From NCBI GenBank assembly GCA_963725665.1, contig CAVRZA010000006.1, forward strand, positions 256,001 to 320,000: DNA of 64,000 nt, in the 5' to 3' direction. Source of the stretch: an uncultured Actinomycetes bacterium. GTDB lineage: Bacteria > Actinomycetota > Thermoleophilia > UBA2241. Position numbers and translations under genes: made by a program. Positions within the stretch are counted from its first letter, which is position 1, and each line of letters opens with the position of its first letter. The notes beneath the pieces were generated by a model, which worked only from the letters and a program-made list of their open reading frames with translations, did not search any database and was not told the DNA's origin. Shown piece by piece: positions 58,146-64,000 of this stretch.

Positions 58146-59279
58146 CTAGCCCTTCTTGAACGCCTGCCAGACACGCAGCCACTCGTCGTAGTTGTCGGGG
58201 ATCACGAGCGGGATCGCCTGCTGCAACTGCTCGGGCTTGTCGAGGCCGATGCTCTTGACGAGCTTCGGCGAGAGCAAGGCGGGTGCGTCGGTGTTGAACA
58301 CCCAGTACGTGTAGTTCTTCGCGTACCAAGCTTCCGGCGGCGCCGAGTTGTAGTAGTTGATCAGACCGTACGCGTTGTCGAGGTTGGCGCTCTCGGAGCT
58401 GACACCGAAACCGCAGATCCAGGCGAGGGCTCCCTCCTCCGGAATGACGTACTTGGCCGGCAGACCCTCGCGGGCGAGGGTGACACCGTAGTCGTGCCAG
58501 GCGAACCCCGCCACGATCTCGCCCGTCTTGTAAAGGTTGACGAAGTTGGCGTCGCCGCTGAAGAAGGTGCGGAGCTGGCTCTTGTGGGCGATGAGGTAGT
58601 CCTGCACCTTCTGCAGGTCGGCGTCGGTCAGGTGGAACGGGTCCTTGTATCCGAGGGCGAGAGCGGCGATGGGGATGCCCGTCGCCGGCGTGTCCTCGAT
58701 CGTTATCTTGCCTTTGAGCGCGGGGTCCTCGAACAGAGCCTTCCACGAGGTCACGCCGCCCGGGATCACCTCAGGGTTGTAGAGCACACCCCCCGTCCCG
58801 CCCGTCGTCGGCACCATGTAGACCTTGCCGTCGATGACCACCCCGCCGAGCTCGCGAACACTCGGTATCACCTTGCCCCATTCGGCGATGCGGCTCGTGT
58901 CGATGGGTTGCAGCAGGCCAAGCCTCACCATGCGCGGCGTCTCCTCGACGCAGACGTGCAGCACGTCGGCCTTGAAGCCGGCGCGCAGCTTGGCAACAGC
59001 CTCGTCGTTGGTGCTGAAGGCGGCCTTGCGCACCGTCAGGTCGGGGTTGGCCTTCTGGAAGGGCCCGAGGATCTGGGGGATGAGCGCGTCTTCGTAGGCG
59101 AACACACCGACGGTACCTCCGAGGGGACCCGTCGGAGCGGCAGAGGGTGAGGTCGATGGCGAAGGCGTCGAGGTCGTGCCGCCGCAGCTCGTCAGAGCGA
59201 GGGCGGCGAGGAGACCCACACAGAAGGCAAGAGGAAGTGGCAACACACGCGCTGGCGTGACTCGCTTCGAGACGTCCAT
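58146..59279 (-). CDS. PotD/PotF-family ABC substrate-binding lipoprotein (divergent)
   Basis: LTSC lipobox, NDEAVAKLRAG, LLQPID.S.I, YVIPEEGALAW. Confidence 0.8.
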   Translation of the reverse strand: MDVSKRVTPARVLPLPLAFCVGLLAALALTSCGGTTSTPSPSTSPSAAPTGPLGGTVGVFAYEDALIPQILGPFQKANPDLTVRKAAFSTNDEAVAKLRAGFKADVLHVCVEETPRMVRLGLLQPIDTSRIAEWGKVIPSVRELGGVVIDGKVYMVPTTGGTGGVLYNPEVIPGGVTSWKALFEDPALKGKITIEDTPATGIPIAALALGYKDPFHLTDADLQKVQDYLIAHKSQLRTFFSGDANFVNLYKTGEIVAGFAWHDYGVTLAREGLPAKYVIPEEGALAWICGFGVSSESANLDNAYGLINYYNSAPPEAWYAKNYTYWVFNTDAPALLSPKLVKSIGLDKPEQLQQAIPLVIPDNYDEWLRVWQAFKKG

Positions 59280-59327
59280 GGGCTGGCCTCCTCGTAGGGC
59301 TGCGTTTGCTGGGTACTCAGGGACCGG

Positions 59328-60134
59328 TCAACCGCCTCCTCCCCGTCGCCGTGACAGGTAATCGTCGACCATGCGCACGAGCCGGGCGCGGCCGAAGCTC
59401 GCGTAGTGCCCCGGGTGCACCGCCCGCACTGGCAGGTCGCGAAGGCGCTCCATGGTCGTCACGTAGGCCTCCGCGTCCGACCCGGGGAGATCGTCGAGGA
59501 GCGGACCCTGGTAGACGGCATCCCCCGAGAACAGTCTGCCCGTCTGCTCCTCCCAGAGGCCGATGCTCCCCGGCGAGTGACCGGGGAAGTGAAGGACGAC
59601 GAACCAGCGGTCACCGAGGTCGATCGCGTCTCCTTCGTCCAGGAGTCGCGTCGGCGGAGCCGGCGTGATCTTGTACGACGCCGGCTCGAACGACACCGTG
59701 GGGAGAGCGCTCAAGAGTACCTCCGGAAGCCTGTAGCCGGCCTCCTCCATGCCGCGCAGGAACTCCTCGCCGAAGGCCGACCTGACCAGCGCAGCGTCGT
59801 CACTCGCCAGCGCGAGCTCGGATGCTTCCGCCCGGTGGACCAGCCGGTCCTCGAACTCGTGCGCGCCGCCCATGTGGTCGGAGTGGGTGTGGGTGGCGAC
59901 AGCGATCACCGGTCTGCCGCGCCCGCCGGCGAGGTCTTCGATCGTGGGCCGCAGCGGCGCGATGCCGTTGCCGGTATCGACCAGGAGATCGGCGTCACGC
60001 CCGCGCACGTGCCAGATGTTGGCGCGCAGGAACTCGTCGACGTGCGGTTCGGTGATGAGCGTGACGCCGTCGCCGACCGCTACCGCGGAGAACCAGGTGC
60101 CGGCGACAGGAAGCCGATGCGGCGGCCGGCTCAC
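59328..60134 (-). CDS. Metallo-beta-lactamase-fold hydrolase
   Basis: THTHSDH, PGHSPG, SGD and PGH motifs. Confidence 0.88.
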   Translation of the reverse strand: MSRPPHRLPVAGTWFSAVAVGDGVTLITEPHVDEFLRANIWHVRGRDADLLVDTGNGIAPLRPTIEDLAGGRGRPVIAVATHTHSDHMGGAHEFEDRLVHRAEASELALASDDAALVRSAFGEEFLRGMEEAGYRLPEVLLSALPTVSFEPASYKITPAPPTRLLDEGDAIDLGDRWFVVLHFPGHSPGSIGLWEEQTGRLFSGDAVYQGPLLDDLPGSDAEAYVTTMERLRDLPVRAVHPGHYASFGRARLVRMVDDYLSRRRGGGG

Positions 60135-60176
60135 GAGCGCTGCGACCCATCGGCGCGGACGGAGCCCATCAACGTA

Positions 60177-60977
60177 CTACGGCTCCGGAACCGGCGGGTT
60201 GTCGGCCGGGTCGAACCACTCGCCGGTGAGCTCGCCGCCGTCGACAAGGATCGTCTCGCCGTTGATGTAGGACGCCTCATCCGAGGCCAGGAAGAGCACC
60301 ACGCTCGCCTGTTCCTCGGGGCGGGCGGGCCGACGAAGGGGCACCCGGCTGCAGTACTCGACGAATTCGCGGTGGTACTCCTCGCTCGTGAGCTCCTCCT
60401 CCGCCTCGGGCGTCCAGGTCTGTCCCGGCGCGACGCAGTTCGCGCGCACGCCTAGATGGCCTAGCTCGTGGGCGAAGCAGCGAGTCATCATCACGAGGGC
60501 CGCCTTGGACGAGTTGTAGTTGGCGGCCGGAGACTCGACGCGGAACGCGTTGGCGGAGGCGATGTTGATGATGATGCCGCCGCCGCTCTCGGCCATGTGA
60601 CGCGCCGCTACCTGGCTCGCGTAGAAGGGCCCGTCGAGGTTCACCGCGTAGGTGTCGCGCCAAGTCTGCTCGGTGATCTCCAACACCGGCCCGTAGGGCA
60701 TGATGGCGGCGTTGTTGACGAGAGCGTGCACGCGGCCCATGGCGGCGACCGCGTCGCGGACCATCTGCCGGGCCTGCTCGGGGACGCCGACATCGACGAC
60801 CGCCACCCGGACTCTCTCCGGGGCGGAGGACGAGGTGCGCATACGGTCTAGTCGCTCGCCCCGGCGAGCGACTGCATACACCTGCGCGCCCTCGTCGACG
60901 AAGGCGTGAGCGATGGCCCAGCCGATGCCGCTCGAAGCCCCGGTAACGATGACGTTCTTGTCTTCGAATCGCCGCAT
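60177..60977 (-). CDS. SDR oxidoreductase
   Basis: TGASSGIG, NNA, YNSSK and DGG motifs. Confidence 0.9.
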   Translation of the reverse strand: MRRFEDKNVIVTGASSGIGWAIAHAFVDEGAQVYAVARRGERLDRMRTSSSAPERVRVAVVDVGVPEQARQMVRDAVAAMGRVHALVNNAAIMPYGPVLEITEQTWRDTYAVNLDGPFYASQVAARHMAESGGGIIINIASANAFRVESPAANYNSSKAALVMMTRCFAHELGHLGVRANCVAPGQTWTPEAEEELTSEEYHREFVEYCSRVPLRRPARPEEQASVVLFLASDEASYINGETILVDGGELTGEWFDPADNPPVPEP

Positions 60978-61053
60978 GCTCAGCCTCCTTACCGTCGCCA
61001 GCGACCAGTCTCGTCGCGCTACGTCGTCCGACTCGTGCGTCGCCGCCGCGTTC

Positions 61054-61897
61054 TCAGCCCACCTCAGGATAGTGAAGCGGCAGACCTGCGACGCCGACGT
61101 CGCCGACGAGCAGGTGCACTTCGCCGACGTTGGCAACCACCATGCAGCCGCAGGTCGGGCCCGGCGAACGCCATATTCGTGGGGGCGTTCAGAGCGATGC
61201 CCTGGGGATCGTCGGCGAGGATCTCAGCCCGTCCGTCCGGCGACACGCGATAGATGCGGTCGGGTCGGTAGCAGGCGACGTAGAGGTTGCCCTCGTCGTC
61301 GAGCGCAAGACCGTCGGGGACGGTGCCCGGCAGCTCCACGACGAGCTCTGGCCGGCCGGCCGAGCCGTCCGGAAGGATAGGGATGCGCGACACGCCCGGC
61401 AGGTACGACTCAGCCACGAGGAGCGCCCGGCCATCGGCGCTCAGGCAGCAGCCGTTGGGGTAGCGCGGCAGGTCGCGCGACCACACCACCGTCTCGCCGC
61501 CGGGAGCGACGCGCAGAATGCAGCCGTTGTCTTCCTGCGTCTCGCCGGAATCGGTCACGTACAGGTTGCCGCCGGCATCGAAGGCCGCGTAGTTGGGCTC
61601 GATCATCGCCTGTCCCGGCGCGCCCGCGGAGTACGCCTCCACCGTTCCCGTCCGAGGGTCGACGCGCACGACCTCGCAACGCCCGCAGTCGCAGGCGTAC
61701 ACGCGCCCCAAGCCGTCGAGCGTCACACCCAGGAGCTCGCCGCCGGTGTCGCCCACCTGCTCGACCTCTCCATCGAGTGCGACAGCGTAGATCTGGCCCG
61801 CCTCACCGCCCGCGTAGAGGCACCCGGCGACCGGGCTCCAGGCAACACCCTCGGGGTGGTCGAGGTCCTCGGCGAGGAGGGTGAACGGCTGCGGCAT
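61054..61897 (-). CDS. SMP-30/gluconolactonase family protein, frameshift at ~61148
   Basis: HPEG, PNY, PNG, PDGLALD.EGNLYVA and PTNMAF.G motifs. Confidence 0.82.
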
Positions 61898-61938
61898 AGC
61901 GCTCGCCTGCCTTTCTCGGTCGGGTTTGCGCGAGGCCG

Positions 61939-62395
61939 TCAGGCCTCGCCGCGCAGCCGCTTCATGGCCTTCTTGACCGCGTCGCTGTCGACCGCCATCT
62001 CGACGAGGCCGACCTGCTCCTCGTAGACGGCCGGGTCGACCTGTGCGCGAACGTCGTTCTCGAAGATGTGCACGACTGGGAGTCCCAACTGGACTCCTGC
62101 CAATGGACCCACGTAGGCGGGATCGCCCTCGGTCACTGTCTCGGTCACCATCTCGATCCCGTCGAGTCGGCCGCTCCGAGCACGACGACGAGATCGTCGC
62201 CGCCGTGCCGCTCGACCGTGCTCTTGATGCGGCCCTGGTTCTCGGGGTCCATCGCGCCGGCCGCCGTTCAGACGAAGCACTCCGTCTCGATCATCACGAC
62301 GTCGGCACCGGCCGTGCGCAAGCAGTCGGCGATCGCCTCGCCCGAGACGCTGTCCCGTTCGCCCAGGGCGATCACCTTCTTGCCTTGAGTTCCAT
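61939..62395 (-). CDS. grdA: Glycine/sarcosine/betaine reductase selenoprotein A, in-frame UGA = Sec at 62270-62268; two single-base indels
   Basis: Reconstructed KKVIALGERD...ETECFV-UGA-TAAGAMDPENQGRIK...VVLG...ETVTEGDPAYVGPLAGVQLGLPV.H...YEEQVG..EM, matching GrdA with CxxU. Confidence 0.9.
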
Positions 62396-62720
62396 CTAGT
62401 CACCTCCCTCCACGAGCTCGGTGACGGCTGCGCTCGATCTCGACGGCAGTCGGACTGCCGGTCAGGCGCTTCACTTCCTCACCGTCACGATAGAGCACAA
62501 AAGTCGGCAGGCCGAAGACCTTCAGGTCGCGGCAGATCTGCCGGTTCTCGTTCGCGTTGACCTTGACGAGCCTGATACGGCCCGCGAGCCGTTCCTCGAG
62601 CTGCTCGACGGCCGGCATGAGCGCCAGACACGGCGCACAGCGCGGGCCCCAGAAGTCCACCAGCACGACGCCGTCGGCGACGAGCCCCCGGTAGGTGTCG
62701 ACGGTTGCCTCGGTTGCCAT
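62396..62720 (-). CDS. trxA: Thioredoxin (grd-associated), probable indel near the 3' end
   Basis: VDFWGPRCAPC active site and GLPTF; coupled to grdC and grdA. Confidence 0.88.
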
Positions 62721-64000
62721 TCACACCTCCACGATCACGGATACAGCGTCCCACATCTGCGTCATGCGGCCCAGGAACAGGCTCCCCTTAGCCATCAGCA
62801 TCGTCGAGCGGAGCTCCCCGTTCTCAAATCGCACCAAGGCGTGCGGAAGCCACGGCACGGCCGAGGCGATGTGTCCCTGCGTGGGTGAAAACCCGGGAAG
62901 GCCACGACGTCGGCAGAACTCGTCGATCTCGACTCCGCTCAAGCTGCCCGTCCATCACCGCAAGCGCGCCGAGCAGGCGGTAGTTGCGCAGGGGCACGTC
63001 GTACCCTCCGGCCGGCTCGGTGATCTCGGGATTGTGCAGCTCGGTCGAGTAGACGTCGATCGCGTCGACACGCTTGCCCAGCCGTTCTAGCGGCCGCAGC
63101 ACGACCTCGCGCAGGAGCGACTGCTGGGAGGAGTCGCACCCCGTGCGATGCTGACCCACGGAGTCGAGCCGGACGACGGGGGCACCCGCTTCGGCGGCGC
63201 CGACGAGGACGGCCATCCCCGCCAGCTCGTCTTCGAGCACGGGGACACCGTGGTCTTCGCTGCCCTTGAACTTCATGCCGAGCTTGGCCAGCGACCCACC
63301 GGCCACGACCACGACACGATCGTAGACGCCCGATTCCACGAGTGCCCCGGCCATGACGATGGCGTGCACGGGACTCGTGCAAAAGGCCTTCACATCGCTG
63401 CCGTTGGCGTTCACGAGACCGCACGTCTCGGCGATGGCCTTGGCCATCGCACCCCCGCCCCGGTTGTAGCGATCGCCCACGGCTTCCTCTCCAGCCCCGA
63501 TGGCGTACTGGATCGAAGCGGGATCGATATCGTTGGCGGAGAGGAGGAAGCGCAGGGCGTGCACACCGCCGGCTTTGCAGGCGAGGTTCTCCAACAGCAC
63601 ATGGGCGCTCAGCGCCTGGTCCTCCTCGTGGCCTCGTGCGAAGGCGCCCACGACACGCCCGTCGGCGTACAGGGGCAGATCGCCATTGGCCTCGTCCGGC
63701 TCCTCGCCCAGGCGAACGAGCTCGAAGAGATCGACCGCCGCCATGAGCTCGTAGAATCGCCGCTCGTCCATGATCTCGCCGAACGGTCCCCCCGCGCTGC
63801 TCCCGTCGTCGTGCCGCCACCAGGGGCGCGCCGTGTCCCAGAGCGCCTCGGGGCGACAATTGCCGATGAAGACTTGATTCGGGGGGTAGGCGACCGCCTC
63901 GGGGAAGCTGCGCAAAAGGCTGCTTACCTTCGCAAAGCGCTCCGCTTCGCGGGCCGGCTTCGACCCGTAACGCACCAAATCGGGGACGTGCTGAAGCACG
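62721..64000 (-). CDS. grdC: Glycine/sarcosine/betaine reductase component C beta subunit (5' end off window; frameshift at ~62935)
   Basis: YPPNQVFIGN, LLENLACKA, EEAVGD.YNRGGG.MAKAI.E, GGS.AKLGM, ELHNPEIT, GFSPTQGHI and KGSLFLGRMT motifs. Confidence 0.88.

Noticed and set aside
1-64000. In-frame TAG (Pyl-containing) proteins
   Set aside because: Every broken gene I examined is explained by a frameshift, not an amber codon, and TAG-ending genes stop where their families normally end.
1-64000. CRISPR array or rRNA
   Set aside because: No regularly spaced direct repeats or rRNA-like sequence seen.

Overview
High-GC (~70%) bacterial DNA. It is most consistent with an anaerobic deep-branching actinobacterium (Thermoleophilia-like); this is an inference from gene content and IS types, not a classification. 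There are three segments. (1) 1-26.5 kb is accessory: mercury-methylation genes hgcA/hgcB at the left edge, OsmC/DsrE/metal-transport genes, a membrane GGDEF-EAL protein and a BioF-like PLP enzyme. It also holds a tyrosine integrase with an unusual Zn-ribbon insertion beside a tRNA-Ala(CGC) 3'-half att scar, two IS110-family elements, an IS982, an IS481 remnant, PotD-like binding proteins and a tRNA-Cys 3'-half scar. (2) 26.6-44.3 kb is core-like: sigH-NYN-rlmB-cysS-gltX, a basic amino acid decarboxylase, pyrE, tldDE, uppP and an amidase. It contains a split pyrrolysyl-tRNA synthetase (pylSc and pylSn) bracketing a corrinoid protein and a radical SAM gene; I found no pylT or pylBCD in the window. 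(3) 44.4-64 kb is an amine/polyamine-catabolism-like region: PotD-like proteins, Lrp regulator, tungsten-type AOR with ferredoxin, saccharopine-dehydrogenase-like enzyme, class III aminotransferase, threonine aldolase and SDRs. It ends in grdC-trx-grdA, where GrdA has an in-frame UGA (CFVU selenocysteine motif) missed by the ORF track. About 15 single-base frameshifts suggest long-read indel errors, though true decay cannot be excluded.
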